A DNA stretch of 64,000 nt from Microgenomates group bacterium (GTDB lineage: Bacteria; Patescibacteriota; Microgenomatia; UBA10105; UBA927), in assembly GCA_049287205.1 (NCBI GenBank), contig JBAQFJ010000001.1, positions 319,041 to 383,040 on the forward strand. Reading direction: 5' to 3'. The translations under genes were made by a program, and so were the position numbers. The notes under the pieces were generated by a model that did not search any database, had not been told where the DNA came from, and saw only the letters and a list, made by a program, of their open reading frames with translations. Of this stretch, positions 13,408 to 23,536 are shown one piece after another. Each line of letters opens with the position of its first letter. Positions within the stretch are counted from its first letter, which is position 1.

Positions 13408-14001
13408 ATGCGTACAAAAAAAAGAATATTCGGGTACACTTGCCGGTCGGGGTTTACCCTTCTTGAATTACTGGTTTCCGCCGGTGTGTTGTCACTTGTG
13501 TCCGTTATTATCGCGCAGGTTATTTTTACGACCGTTCGTTTGTCAGCCAGAACAGAAATGATGAAGGAAATGAAACAGAACGGCGGAATGGCGATGGATG
13601 TGGTGAAGCGAATGATTCAAAACGCGAAGGAAATTTCCATGGTGTGTGATGGGGCGCCTCGTTCAGTATTGACCATGACGAATTATGACGGCGGGGAGAC
13701 AACTATTTCCTGTGAAAAAGATGCCGTATATGCAGACTACGATATTTTTCGCATTGCTTCATACAGCTCAACATTGCAGACAACGACACATCTTTCCAGT
13801 GGGAATGTAACGCTCGTTACTACTGGCGGAGAGGCATCCTGCGGAGTTGCTGACACTGAGGGGGCCTCATTGTATTTTACGTGCACTGATGACACGTTTA
13901 TCACTGTTTTGTTTCGCCTGCGGCAACGAAATACGGCAACCGGTATATTTGAAGGCGAGCAGGAAACATTCCAATCAATGATGATTAAGAGGAATAGATA
14001 A
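13408..14001 (+). CDS. Pilin-like protein (minor pilin)
   Basis: MRTKKRIFGYTCRSG|FTLLELLVSAGV signal. Confidence 0.7.
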   Translation: MRTKKRIFGYTCRSGFTLLELLVSAGVLSLVSVIIAQVIFTTVRLSARTEMMKEMKQNGGMAMDVVKRMIQNAKEISMVCDGAPRSVLTMTNYDGGETTISCEKDAVYADYDIFRIASYSSTLQTTTHLSSGNVTLVTTGGEASCGVADTEGASLYFTCTDDTFITVLFRLRQRNTATGIFEGEQETFQSMMIKRNR

Positions 14002-14046
14002 GATATGAACTTGCGACTTTCTTACAGAAGACCGTATACTAGATAT

Positions 14047-14874
14047 ATGAACCATGTACGTCCTCGAGGGCAGGTGTTGCTTATTACCGTGCTTGTGTTA
14101 AGTATCGCAATTACCATTGCGCTTTCTCTTATCGGTCGCGGCATTACTGATGTTTCGATGAGCAGAAATGTAGAAGAATCAGCAAGAGCATTTAGCGCGG
14201 CGGAAGCAGGTATTGAGGAAGCGTTAAAAGGTAATTTGATTACGGATGCGCGCACATATGTTCCGGGTGTTACTTATCAGTCGTCATCTACTATCATCGG
14301 CGGATCGACAGGTGAATACACACTTCCTGCAACAAATATGGGTGCTGTTGCATCTATTTGGCTCGTTGATCACAATGAAGACAATTCAATCAATGAATCC
14401 AGTTACTATGCTGAGCGCTATCTTGATGTTTGCTGGACTCCTCCCACAGCAAGTCTGCCGATCGCGGCAATTGAGGTTACAATTTATTATAAATCAGCTG
14501 CAGGTGTGTATATGGTAAGCCGTAGCGCATATGATCCGGACATTGCTTCAAGGCCAGTAAATAATTTTTCCAGTATTACGGAAGTGGATGGCTCGTGTGG
14601 CGCAGTTGCACATGCGTATAGACAATCTATTGTCATGCCTCCAGTTGGTACTATTCCCCTTCTTATTCGCGTTCGGCCATTTTATAATCAAACAACAGTA
14701 ACAGTTTCTCCTGTTGGAACGGATGTGGTGTTGCCAAAACAGGGAGTTGAAATTACCTCGACAGGAAAAACTGATGGAGGTGTAACGAGGAAGATTGTCG
14801 TAAAACGGCAATATCCTTGGCCCGCCGCTATTTTTGATTACAGTGTATACAGTCAGGATTCGTTTACACATTAA
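14047..14874 (+). CDS. PilX-like type IV pilus-associated protein
   Basis: MNHVRPRG|QVLLITVLVLSIAITIAL resembles the PilX N-terminal domain. An alternative start at 14005 is possible. Confidence 0.5.
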   Translation: MNHVRPRGQVLLITVLVLSIAITIALSLIGRGITDVSMSRNVEESARAFSAAEAGIEEALKGNLITDARTYVPGVTYQSSSTIIGGSTGEYTLPATNMGAVASIWLVDHNEDNSINESSYYAERYLDVCWTPPTASLPIAAIEVTIYYKSAAGVYMVSRSAYDPDIASRPVNNFSSITEVDGSCGAVAHAYRQSIVMPPVGTIPLLIRVRPFYNQTTVTVSPVGTDVVLPKQGVEITSTGKTDGGVTRKIVVKRQYPWPAAIFDYSVYSQDSFTH

Positions 14875-14894
14875 AGAAAAAAACCAATCTGCCT

Positions 14895-15920
14895 ATGGAA
14901 AGTTTACTTGGAATTGATATTGGAACACACAGTACAAAACTGATTGAGATAGGTATTGAAAAAGGCGTTAAGACGCTTCTTGCCGCAGGAAGTATGCCGA
15001 CGCCTTCTAAAGCGCTGTCATCAAATATTTCTTCGGATTTGGAATCCATTGCATATATAATTAAGCAATTAATTCGGGATACAGGCGCAAAGTCGGATAA
15101 AGTAAATATTGCGCTGCCTGAATCGCAGGTGTTTACTCGGGTTATCGAAGTGCCGCCGTTATCGAATCGGGAGTTAACAAGCGCAATTCAATGGGAAGCG
15201 GAACAATATATTCCCTTGCCTTTAGATCAGGTGAATATGGATTTTACTGTGCTTCGTAAAGCAGACAGTACAACGACGGGGAAAATGGAAGTATTGCTGA
15301 TTGCAGCCCCCAAGGTATTGATTGAACGCTATATGACGATTTTAGAGCTTGCAGATCTGACTCCGATGTACGCGGAGACAGAGATTGTTGCAAGTTCTCG
15401 TGCTATTGCCGCATCAGTCACGAATTTGAAGAATGTTGTGCTTATATCTATTGGTGCGCAGACAACAGAGATAACTATTTTGCATGGTAGTGTCATCGCA
15501 TTTACCCGCTCTATTAGTGCGGGTGGTGAAGCATTATCCCGCGCACTTTCTCAGTCACTTGACTTTACCGTTGTTCAAGCGGAAGAATATAAAAAAACGT
15601 ACGGATTGCAACGCGGGCTTTTAGAAGGAAAGCTGGTTACAGCAATGGAACCGGTTATGACCACAATTCTCAATGAACTGAAGCGGGCGATCGCATTTTT
15701 TGGGGAAAAATATGCATCCGATCGTGTTGAAGCTATTATTCTTTCCGGCGGAACGGCGAAATTACCAGGTGTTGTTTCATACATTACCGAGCAGGTTGCC
15801 ATTGAAACACAAATCGCCAATCCTTGGGTAGGCATACAAAAGGAAGCGCGGTTTTCTATTTTATCAACGGAAGGCCCGACGTTTGCAGTTGCAGCTGGGC
15901 TTGCCATGCGGACAGTCTAA
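14895..15920 (+). CDS. pilM: Type IV pilus assembly protein PilM (actin-like ATPase fold)
   Basis: 341 aa, LLGIDIGTHSTKLIE N-terminus, typical PilM length, followed by candidate PilN and PilO genes. Confidence 0.8.
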   Translation: MESLLGIDIGTHSTKLIEIGIEKGVKTLLAAGSMPTPSKALSSNISSDLESIAYIIKQLIRDTGAKSDKVNIALPESQVFTRVIEVPPLSNRELTSAIQWEAEQYIPLPLDQVNMDFTVLRKADSTTTGKMEVLLIAAPKVLIERYMTILELADLTPMYAETEIVASSRAIAASVTNLKNVVLISIGAQTTEITILHGSVIAFTRSISAGGEALSRALSQSLDFTVVQAEEYKKTYGLQRGLLEGKLVTAMEPVMTTILNELKRAIAFFGEKYASDRVEAIILSGGTAKLPGVVSYITEQVAIETQIANPWVGIQKEARFSILSTEGPTFAVAAGLAMRTV

Positions 15921-15931
15921 TAATTTATAGT

Positions 15932-16477
15932 ATGGAAAGTAATTCAATTAATCTATTTCAAAATCAAGTAGTGTATTCACCAAAACTCGCCCTTATCGAG
16001 CGGTTTCTGCGTACAGCCCGATACATATTTCTTTCTTTTGTTTTTGGTGTGGGCATTATCACGCTTATTGTCTATTTTGTCTTTCAATTGCAGCACCAAT
16101 CGCTTGATACAAAGCGTGAGGAACTGTATACAATCGTAAAAAATGACGTGACAAAAGAAGCGTTGCTTTTATCTCTGCGTTCCCGGGTGTCTGCGCTCAA
16201 AAAAATTATGACCTATCAGATATCCATTGCTCCCTATATTGACACAACACTCCTTATCGCCGTTCCTCCCCGACTCACGTCTTTTTCTTTAGGAGAAGCA
16301 AACAGTATTCATATTGGAGTAGAAGCTGCGACAGTGGAAGAAGCCATAACTGTCATGGAGACTGTTATACAACTGACCAATGACAATAAAATAAAAAATC
16401 CGACAGTTACTTCTATTCTTTTAAACAAAGATGCGACTGTAACCCTCGGATTTACGTATACGGTTGTTTTACAATAA
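15932..16477 (+). CDS. pilN: PilN-like single-pass membrane protein
   Basis: A short cytoplasmic N-terminus, one transmembrane segment (IFLSFVFGVGIITLIVYFVF) and a coiled-coil periplasmic segment. The call rests on position and topology. Confidence 0.55.
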   Translation: MESNSINLFQNQVVYSPKLALIERFLRTARYIFLSFVFGVGIITLIVYFVFQLQHQSLDTKREELYTIVKNDVTKEALLLSLRSRVSALKKIMTYQISIAPYIDTTLLIAVPPRLTSFSLGEANSIHIGVEAATVEEAITVMETVIQLTNDNKIKNPTVTSILLNKDATVTLGFTYTVVLQ

Positions 16478-16483
16478 TTAAAT

Positions 16484-17236
16484 ATGATGCGCGTTTTACG
16501 AAGATTTATACGACAATATCAAAGTTTTGTTATTTCCGGTGCAGTTATCCTATTTTGCATGATTGCTTTTTTTGTCGGCTTGCTTCCGGGTATTCAAAAA
16601 ACTGTACAGTTAGTGCTTGAAACACAAACACTCAGAAAGGTCGTTGCAACGTTAACCGAAAAACAGCGTATTTTGAATGAACTTGATATGACTATGCTTA
16701 CCCAGTATGCCAGCGCTGCAATATCCGCTGTGCCTACAGATAAAGCCCTTGGCTCCTTATTTTCCACTGTGGACGCATTGACAGCAAGGGAAAGTGTGAC
16801 GGTTACAGCAATATCACTCGGAAGTGTTGGTGCAGTCGCCTCTGACTCCGCAAAGAAATTGTCTGCGGATGAACAAAAGATTGGTGTGAATATCGTTCCG
16901 TTTTCCATTGTTATTGAAGGGTCAATTGACCGCGTACGCAATGTTGTTGATCAGGCGGTGAAGATTCGAAGATTTTTCCGTGTACGGAGTTTTGATTTGT
17001 CTTTTGATACGAAGACCGGTGTTACAAAATCTACCTTGTCGATGGATGCATACTATGTTTCAGATCCAAAAACATTAAGTAAAGTAACGGATCCGTTGAT
17101 TTCTCTTTCATCATCCGAAATTGATATTTTAGATACAGTCTCATCATTTCCTTTGTTGACACAAGAGTCTTCCATGGGATCCGGCAGCGCGGTGATTCAG
17201 ACAATGCCAGCTACTGTGAATCCGTTTGCCCCTTAA
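16484..17236 (+). CDS. pilO: PilO-like single-pass membrane protein
   Basis: One transmembrane segment followed by coiled coil, positioned immediately after the PilM and PilN candidates. Confidence 0.5.
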   Translation: MMRVLRRFIRQYQSFVISGAVILFCMIAFFVGLLPGIQKTVQLVLETQTLRKVVATLTEKQRILNELDMTMLTQYASAAISAVPTDKALGSLFSTVDALTARESVTVTAISLGSVGAVASDSAKKLSADEQKIGVNIVPFSIVIEGSIDRVRNVVDQAVKIRRFFRVRSFDLSFDTKTGVTKSTLSMDAYYVSDPKTLSKVTDPLISLSSSEIDILDTVSSFPLLTQESSMGSGSAVIQTMPATVNPFAP

Positions 17237-17907
17237 AGTAAATCAGGACGAAGTTTTTTTGTTTTTTTTACCGCTTCTTCATGTTGCCATTCCCGTATTC
17301 TTTTGTGGTCTCCTGATTTTAACACCGCAGGCACCGGCATTCCTGTAAATGTGTCAGGTTTTGTATACTGCGGGTATTCAAGAAGATTATCTTCAAATGA
17401 TTCATTGGATGTGACACCTTCTTTTTTTAGAACTCCTTTGAGAAGCCGGACGACAGCGTCTGTGATGACCATGGCGGGTAATTCTCCACAGGTAAGGATA
17501 AAGTCCCCAAGTGAAATTGTTTCATCAACGAGCGTCCTGATTCGTTCATCAATTCCCTCATAGTGGCCACAGACAAAAATGATATGTTCAAGTGTTGCCA
17601 ATTGTTTTGCTTGCTGTTGTCTAAAAGGAATTCCTAAAGGATCCATAAGAATAACAGTGTTTGTACATTCCGGATGGAGTGATCTGGCGTGGTTGATAGC
17701 GCGTGCAACAACATCGACACGCAAAATCATCCCTGCTCCGCCACCATATGGGTGTTCATCAACGCTTTTGTGTTTGTCTGTGGCAAAGTCTCTCATGTTT
17801 ATGTAGGCAATGGAAACGGCTTTTTTTTGTACAGCGCGTTTGATGATGGATACGTCAAACGGTCCTGTAAACATGTCAGGAAAAAGCGTGAGGATTGTTA
17901 TAAACAT
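17233..17907 (-). CDS. trmD: tRNA (guanine37-N1)-methyltransferase
   Basis: SPOUT-fold TrmD motifs (ILTLFPDMF, EHPYGGGAGMILRVDVV, ICGHYEGIDERI). Confidence 0.9.
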   Translation of the reverse strand: MFITILTLFPDMFTGPFDVSIIKRAVQKKAVSIAYINMRDFATDKHKSVDEHPYGGGAGMILRVDVVARAINHARSLHPECTNTVILMDPLGIPFRQQQAKQLATLEHIIFVCGHYEGIDERIRTLVDETISLGDFILTCGELPAMVITDAVVRLLKGVLKKEGVTSNESFEDNLLEYPQYTKPDTFTGMPVPAVLKSGDHKRIREWQHEEAVKKTKKLRPDLL

Positions 17908-17935
17908 ACGCGGACAAAAAAGTTTACCTGTGCCT

Positions 17936-18202
17936 TTATACAGTTGTTTGAATTGGGGTTTCCTGAGACGGCTCTTCAAATAATTCAATGTCGACGTAGC
18001 CGCCTTGTTTTGCTGCCATGAGTTTGATGAGATCCCGAAGAGCGCGAATAATTCGTCCCTGTTTTCCTATTACTTTTCCCATGTCGTCCGGATGAACGTG
18101 TAAGACCAAAATTTCTCGTGCGTTCTCTGTTTTGACTTCCACGGTAACCGCTTCAGGATGCTCGACGATATTGGAAACAAGAAAAACGAGTGTGTCTTGC
18201 AT
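17936..18202 (-). CDS. KH-domain RNA-binding protein (YlqC / UPF0109 family)
   Basis: VIGKQGRIIRALRDL KH GXXG motif. It lies between rpsP and trmD as in the conserved operon. The ATG sits 1 nt after the rpsP stop. Confidence 0.7.
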   Translation of the reverse strand: MQDTLVFLVSNIVEHPEAVTVEVKTENAREILVLHVHPDDMGKVIGKQGRIIRALRDLIKLMAAKQGGYVDIELFEEPSQETPIQTTV

Positions 18203-18203
18203 G

Positions 18204-18434
18204 TTATTTGGTTTTAAGGATATTTTTAACGCCGTCAGTGAGTTGTGCTCCAACGGATATCCAATATTGTAAACGGTCTTCTTTGATCGTCAGTTGTGCA
18301 GGATTCACGAGTGGATTGTATGCTCCAAGAATTTCAATATTCCGTCCATCACGCCTTTTGCTGTCTTCCATAGCGACGATTCTGTACGTTTTTCGATTCT
18401 TTGAACCTGTTTGTGTTAGTTTGATTTTAACCAT
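18204..18434 (-). CDS. rpsP: 30S ribosomal protein S16
   Basis: MVKIKLTQTGSKNRKTYRIVAMEDSKRRDGRNIEILGAYNP. The long upstream in-frame extension in the ORF track overlaps rnc and is not taken. Confidence 0.85.
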   Translation of the reverse strand: MVKIKLTQTGSKNRKTYRIVAMEDSKRRDGRNIEILGAYNPLVNPAQLTIKEDRLQYWISVGAQLTDGVKNILKTK

Positions 18435-18447
18435 AGGTGATAGAATA

Positions 18448-19134
18448 TCATATTTTGCCCATCTTCTCAAGCGCATTTGCGGCAGCTGCCTGTTCCCCCT
18501 CTTGTTTGCTCTTTCCCTGCCCCTCCCCGAGTTTTTTGTTTCCAATGGTAGCTTCTATATAAAAAATTCTGTTGTGGTCAGGCCCTTCTGATTTTGTGAC
18601 GACATAGGTCGGTGATGTTTTTGTTTCTCCTTGGATAATTTCTTGGAGTAGACTTTTGTAATCCAAATAGGATTTTGATTCGACAATGGTTGCGGTTTTT
18701 GGAAATAAATAGGTTTCCAAAAATTTCTTTGCCCCATCAATTCCCTGATCCATAAATAAAGCGCCAAGGAATGCTTCAAAAGAATCTGCAAGCAGGGACA
18801 TGTTCTGTCTCCCCCCTGATTCTTCCTCTCCATGACTTAAGAATAAGAGATCACCGAATCCGAGCTCATGTGCGGTTTCGCCCAGTGTTTTTGTTTTTAC
18901 GAGGCTGGAACGGATATTGGTAAGTGTTCCTTCCGGATAGTCCGGATACAGCTCATATAAGAATCTGGATGTCAGGAAAGACAGAATTGCGTCACCCAAG
19001 AATTCCAACCGTTCGTTGGAATGGGTGATGTGTTTCGCCTCGTTCAGATAGGAGCGATGGTAAAAGGCGTTTTTCAGGAGCTCCTGATTCCCAAATGTTA
19101 TCTGAATTGTTTTTTGGAGAAGTTCAAATGTCAT
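18448..19134 (-). CDS. rnc: Ribonuclease III
   Basis: RNase III signature ERLEFLGDAIL plus a C-terminal dsRBD. Confidence 0.9.
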   Translation of the reverse strand: MTFELLQKTIQITFGNQELLKNAFYHRSYLNEAKHITHSNERLEFLGDAILSFLTSRFLYELYPDYPEGTLTNIRSSLVKTKTLGETAHELGFGDLLFLSHGEEESGGRQNMSLLADSFEAFLGALFMDQGIDGAKKFLETYLFPKTATIVESKSYLDYKSLLQEIIQGETKTSPTYVVTKSEGPDHNRIFYIEATIGNKKLGEGQGKSKQEGEQAAAANALEKMGKI

Positions 19135-19502
19135 ATCGATTTTACGAGTGTGCCAAGCACTCCATTGATAAATTTTGCACTGTTTGGGTTTCCATAGGAT
19201 TTTGCAAGCTCGATCGCCTCATCAATAACCACTTTTACCGGGGTGTCTTTGTGCTCAGTCATTTCAAATATGGCCTGCCTAAGAATTGCAAGATCAATTT
19301 TTGCAATTTTGTCGATTGGCCATTCTGGTGCAGCCGTTTCAATCATAGAATCGATGGCGCGTTGGTGTGTAAGAATTTCTTGAATATCTTTTTGATCAGT
19401 AAGATTGCCAAAGCTATATGCAAATAAACGTTGCATAGCGACGATGCGATGTTGATGTCTGGGGTCTTGCGCGGTTTTCACAAAATGTCTATCAGGTATC
19501 AA
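19131..19502 (-). CDS. nusB: Transcription antitermination factor NusB
   Basis: 123 aa all-helical protein with NusB-like RHQHRIVAMQRLF and DKIAKIDLAILRQAIFEM segments. Confidence 0.65.
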   Translation of the reverse strand: MIPDRHFVKTAQDPRHQHRIVAMQRLFAYSFGNLTDQKDIQEILTHQRAIDSMIETAAPEWPIDKIAKIDLAILRQAIFEMTEHKDTPVKVVIDEAIELAKSYGNPNSAKFINGVLGTLVKSI

Positions 19503-19543
19503 GTATCACGTTTTCGTGCGTGACATATGACACATGACAGGTG

Positions 19544-19744
19544 TTATTTTTTCTTTGCTTTTTTGATTTTCAATTTCTGTACTTCTTTTCCGTTGTAGAA
19601 TCCGCAATTTTTGCAGATTGCGTGTGGAAGTTTCGGTTTTCCGCAGTTGGTACACAGTGACATGGCTGTTTTTGACAGCTTGATTGAGGCTTGGCGTTTT
19701 CCGCCGCGTCTGGTTGAATGTCTTCGTTTTGGTAGTGGTGTCAT
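19544..19744 (-). CDS. rpmF: 50S ribosomal protein L32
   Basis: PKRRHSTRRGGKR...CTNCGKPKLPHAICKNCGFY zinc ribbon. Confidence 0.8.
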   Translation of the reverse strand: MTPLPKRRHSTRRGGKRQASIKLSKTAMSLCTNCGKPKLPHAICKNCGFYNGKEVQKLKIKKAKKK

Positions 19745-19768
19745 AGATAAATTATACAGTGCACAACG

Positions 19769-21817
19769 TTAGTCTTGTGCAATATCTTGTATTTTACTCT
19801 CATTGAGGCGTTCTCTCAAGTAGGAAAACAATTGAAATGTCGGATCGCGTTTAGTTAGGAAATTGACGACGGCATCAGCGTTTTTCACAATGGTCTCATC
19901 TGAAAGTGCGGTATATACCATTTCCGGAATGCCATGCTGTCTACTGCCAAATAGATCACCTTGGCCACGAATTTCCATATCATACTCAGCGAGCTCCGGA
20001 CCATTATGCACAGTCTCAAGAATTTTGAGCCGATGGGTGGTTTTTTCATCAGGCTTTTCGGTAAAGAGTAAACAGTAAGATTGTTTATCCCCTCGTCCTA
20101 CACGTCCCCTCAATTGATGGAGTCCTGCAAGTCCGAAGCGTTCCGCCCCTTCGATCATCATAATGGTTGCATTTGGAATATCGATGCCGACTTCAACAAC
20201 TGGGGTTGAAACTAATATATCAGTGTTACCTGACCTGAATTGTTCAAGGATTGTTGTCTTTTCTGCTGGTTTCATTCTTCCATGGAGCAGTGCAAGATGA
20301 AGATCCTTGTATACATTCGTTTTGAGAAATTCAAATTCTTTTGTCGCCGCCTTGACTGTTGTCATGCTTTCGGATTCTTCAATAAACGGACAGACAATAA
20401 ACGCAGACGCCTTATGGTCTTGTATTTCTTTTTTGATCCACGCATACGCGTTATCCCGTTTTTCTTTTGGCACTACCCATGTTTTGATTGGCAGTCTACC
20501 AACGGGCATTGTCTTTAATACAGAGAGTGCGAGATTTCCATACATGGTGAGTGCGAGTGTCCTTGGAATTGGGGTTGCCGTCATGGTCAAAAGATGTGGC
20601 GTAAGAGCTGATGGCGCTTTGGACCTTAAGAGTGCCCGTTGATATACACCGAATCGTTGTTGTTCATCAATGACAATAAGTCCCACATGGGAGAAATACA
20701 CAGTTTGTTGTAAGAGTGCGTGTGTGCCGATAAGAATATCTGTTTTGTTTTTTTTGGTTACATCCTGTTTAGTGCCTCCAATGATGAGCTCGACAGTGAG
20801 TCCAAGAGGTGTTAGCAGGTTGGAAATGGTTTGGAAGTGTTGTTCTGCAAGTATTTGCGTTGGTGCCATGAGAATGGACTGATAGCCGTTTTTTGCGGCA
20901 GCAAACATGGCTGCTGCTGCAACAACAGTTTTTCCGCTTCCTACATCCCCTTCAAGCAGTCGATTCATGGGAACGGTTTTTTCAAGATCTTGGAGGATAT
21001 CGTGTATCGCACCTGTTTGATCATCAGTGAGTGTAAACGGGAGCGCGCCAAAAAATGTGTTCTTTAGCGGTGTATTGATGGAAAATGCAGCCGCGTGTTT
21101 TGTTTCTTCCCACATTCTTTTTTGTTCAAATGACATACACTGCATAAGAACAATTTCATCAAATGCAAGTCGTTTTTCAGCAGTTTCTCCTTCCAAAACG
21201 GTATTCGGAAAATGAACGGTTACGAGCGCATCCTCGAGTTTTGGGAGTTTGTATTTGCCCAGTATTTCTTCAGGTAAGTACTCATGAATAAGTGACGGGT
21301 AGTCAGTTAGAAGTGACCAAATGCGGGAGCGTAACCATTTTGATGTAACGCCTGCAGTTTCAGGGTAGATTGGCACAACACGACCCGTGTGTAAATGCGG
21401 TGCATCCGCATCAATAAGTTCATACTCTGGTGATTCTATAGCGAGCTTATTGCCGAAAAATCCAACAGTTCCCGAAAGGGCAATCGAATCACCTGCATGG
21501 ATAATTTTTGGCAAGAAGAGTTGATTAAACCAGATAACGGCAATACTTCCCGTTGTGTCCGTTACAATCGCCTCCTGAATTTTTTTGCCAGTTTTTGTAA
21601 AAATATTTTTTATCTGTTTGACTTCGCCATTCACGCTGACTGTCATACCGGGGTGAAGTTTGTTAATCGTAGTTTTATGTGAAAAATCGTTATACCGAAA
21701 GGGAGTGTGATACAGAAGATCACGGACAGTGAGAATCCCGAGGTTCTCTAATTTTTTTGCATATGCAGGACCGACTCGTGGTACAAATTGTACAGGAGAC
21801 GCTGCAGTGAGAGTCAT
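19769..21817 (-). CDS. recG: ATP-dependent DNA helicase RecG
   Basis: Wedge domain plus SF2 helicase motifs GDVGSGKT and DEQQRFG, 682 aa. Confidence 0.9.
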   Translation of the reverse strand: MTLTAASPVQFVPRVGPAYAKKLENLGILTVRDLLYHTPFRYNDFSHKTTINKLHPGMTVSVNGEVKQIKNIFTKTGKKIQEAIVTDTTGSIAVIWFNQLFLPKIIHAGDSIALSGTVGFFGNKLAIESPEYELIDADAPHLHTGRVVPIYPETAGVTSKWLRSRIWSLLTDYPSLIHEYLPEEILGKYKLPKLEDALVTVHFPNTVLEGETAEKRLAFDEIVLMQCMSFEQKRMWEETKHAAAFSINTPLKNTFFGALPFTLTDDQTGAIHDILQDLEKTVPMNRLLEGDVGSGKTVVAAAAMFAAAKNGYQSILMAPTQILAEQHFQTISNLLTPLGLTVELIIGGTKQDVTKKNKTDILIGTHALLQQTVYFSHVGLIVIDEQQRFGVYQRALLRSKAPSALTPHLLTMTATPIPRTLALTMYGNLALSVLKTMPVGRLPIKTWVVPKEKRDNAYAWIKKEIQDHKASAFIVCPFIEESESMTTVKAATKEFEFLKTNVYKDLHLALLHGRMKPAEKTTILEQFRSGNTDILVSTPVVEVGIDIPNATIMMIEGAERFGLAGLHQLRGRVGRGDKQSYCLLFTEKPDEKTTHRLKILETVHNGPELAEYDMEIRGQGDLFGSRQHGIPEMVYTALSDETIVKNADAVVNFLTKRDPTFQLFSYLRERLNESKIQDIAQD

Positions 21818-21922
21818 GTGATTATCGAATAGTTAACAGTGGAATAAATGATGTTGCTATCAAAGCAAGTGATGCAATGACGACAATCACTTTCCATACT
21901 GTTTGGTGTTTTCTAAAAAAGT

Positions 21923-23110
21923 TCATAGTATGTTTATTTTTATGAATTTCTTTTTCCCGACTTTGATTATATCATGCGATTTTACGGTGACATCTGCGGT
22001 TTGAAATTTAATGCCTATGCCGTTTATTTCGATCGCATCATTTCCAATCAGTCTCCTTGCTTCGGATTTGCTCGTCACCATTTCGGTTGCCACCAATAAA
22101 TCGATGAGTTTCCATTTTGTTTCTTTTGTTTTAAATTCTGGAATGTCATTTGCCATTGGTGCTTTTTTTTGAAATTTTGATTCAAATGACGCTTTGGCGA
22201 TTTCGGCATCTTTTTTTGAATGCAACTCCGAAACCATGATATGTGCGAGTTCTTTTTTAATGATCATCGGGTTTTCACCAGACTTTAGCCGTTTTTTTAT
22301 TGCTTCGATTTCTGTCATCGGTGTGTTTGTTGCCAAAAGAAAATATTGCTCAATGAGCTCATCCTTAAGTGACATAACTTTCCCAAACATATCAGACGGT
22401 TCGTCTGTGAGCCAAATAGCATTATTCCAAGATTTACTCATTTTTCGTCCGTCTGTTCCTTCCAAGAAACCATTGGCGATGATACAGGATTCTTTGTTTC
22501 GCAGATCTTTTTGCAGTGTCCTACCCGCTTGCATGTTAAATGTCTGATCAGTGCCACCCAGTTGAATATCCGTATCCATGAAATAACTGTCGTATCCCTG
22601 CATGACAGGGTATAAGAGTTCATGCAGACCGACTTTTTTACCGTCGTTTAGCCGTTTTTTAATGAGTTCCCTGCCTACAAATTCTCCCGCGGAAAAATGT
22701 TGGGTGAGTTTGACAATATCGGTAAATGTCAGTTTTTTTAGCCATTCACTGTTGTGCACTACTGTGATTTTGGAAAAATCCAAGATTTTACTCGCCTGTT
22801 TTTTGTAGGTTTGAAAGTTTTGTTCAATCTGTTCACTGGTCAGAACCGGTCGCTCCCCGTCCTTATCTGATGTGTCGCCAATCAGCGCAGTGAAATCGCC
22901 GATAAGAAAGGTGACGTGATGTCCGAGATCAGCAAGTGCTTGTAATTTTCGAAGCGGAACAGCATGACCGACGTGGATATTGGTTGCTGTTGGATCGATA
23001 CCCAGATAAATATTGAGTTTGCGTCCTGAAGCAAGAATTTTTTTTAATGTTTCCCTGTTTGGAATAATATTTTCTACTCCGCGTGTGACGATTTCATCAA
23101 TAGTGTTCAT
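21923..23110 (-). CDS. tyrS: Tyrosyl-tRNA synthetase with a C-terminal S4 domain
   Basis: Class I HIGH motif (HVGH) with GIDPTA, a KMSKS motif, and a C-terminal S4-like domain. Ribosome-binding site AAGGAG. Confidence 0.9.
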   Translation of the reverse strand: MNTIDEIVTRGVENIIPNRETLKKILASGRKLNIYLGIDPTATNIHVGHAVPLRKLQALADLGHHVTFLIGDFTALIGDTSDKDGERPVLTSEQIEQNFQTYKKQASKILDFSKITVVHNSEWLKKLTFTDIVKLTQHFSAGEFVGRELIKKRLNDGKKVGLHELLYPVMQGYDSYFMDTDIQLGGTDQTFNMQAGRTLQKDLRNKESCIIANGFLEGTDGRKMSKSWNNAIWLTDEPSDMFGKVMSLKDELIEQYFLLATNTPMTEIEAIKKRLKSGENPMIIKKELAHIMVSELHSKKDAEIAKASFESKFQKKAPMANDIPEFKTKETKWKLIDLLVATEMVTSKSEARRLIGNDAIEINGIGIKFQTADVTVKSHDIIKVGKKKFIKINIL

Positions 23111-23223
23111 ATATATCTCCTTTTTTACTATAGCATAAAAATTTTGTATTGTATGCCTATTTTTTAAAACTATCAGGGTACAAAATTATAAAAACTTTGT
23201 ACCCTGAATTTGGGTAGTACGAA

Positions 23224-23439
23224 TTACGATTGTTCAAGTTTTATTAAAAAAAACGTCATTATGGAATACAGTATGATTGTGAGAATGTAGAGAGTGAGTA
23301 TCTGATTCGTCCATGGAGCATTTGGTTGTGCCTCAATGAGAAACACCATTTTATTTGCACATAGATATCCAAAAAACCCAGAGCTATACAGACAAATTTG
23401 ATTAACTGTTTTCTTTTTAAATAACTTGTTTGTTTTCAT
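23224..23439 (-). CDS. Hypothetical small membrane protein (71 aa) between tRNA-Tyr and tyrS
   Basis: A strong GAAGGAGA ribosome-binding site 7 nt ahead of the ATG and a C-terminal hydrophobic helix. The longer ORF-track version reads through the tRNA-Tyr gene and is rejected. Confidence 0.35.
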   Translation of the reverse strand: MKTNKLFKKKTVNQICLYSSGFFGYLCANKMVFLIEAQPNAPWTNQILTLYILTIILYSIMTFFLIKLEQS

Positions 23440-23536
23440 TTTTTTCTCCTTCGTACTATGGTAAAGTGCTCTTTCCTGCAGACCGGGAAAGAAGACGGAC
23501 GAGTTTAAAACGAAATACGCGTGTATTTCACTCGTG

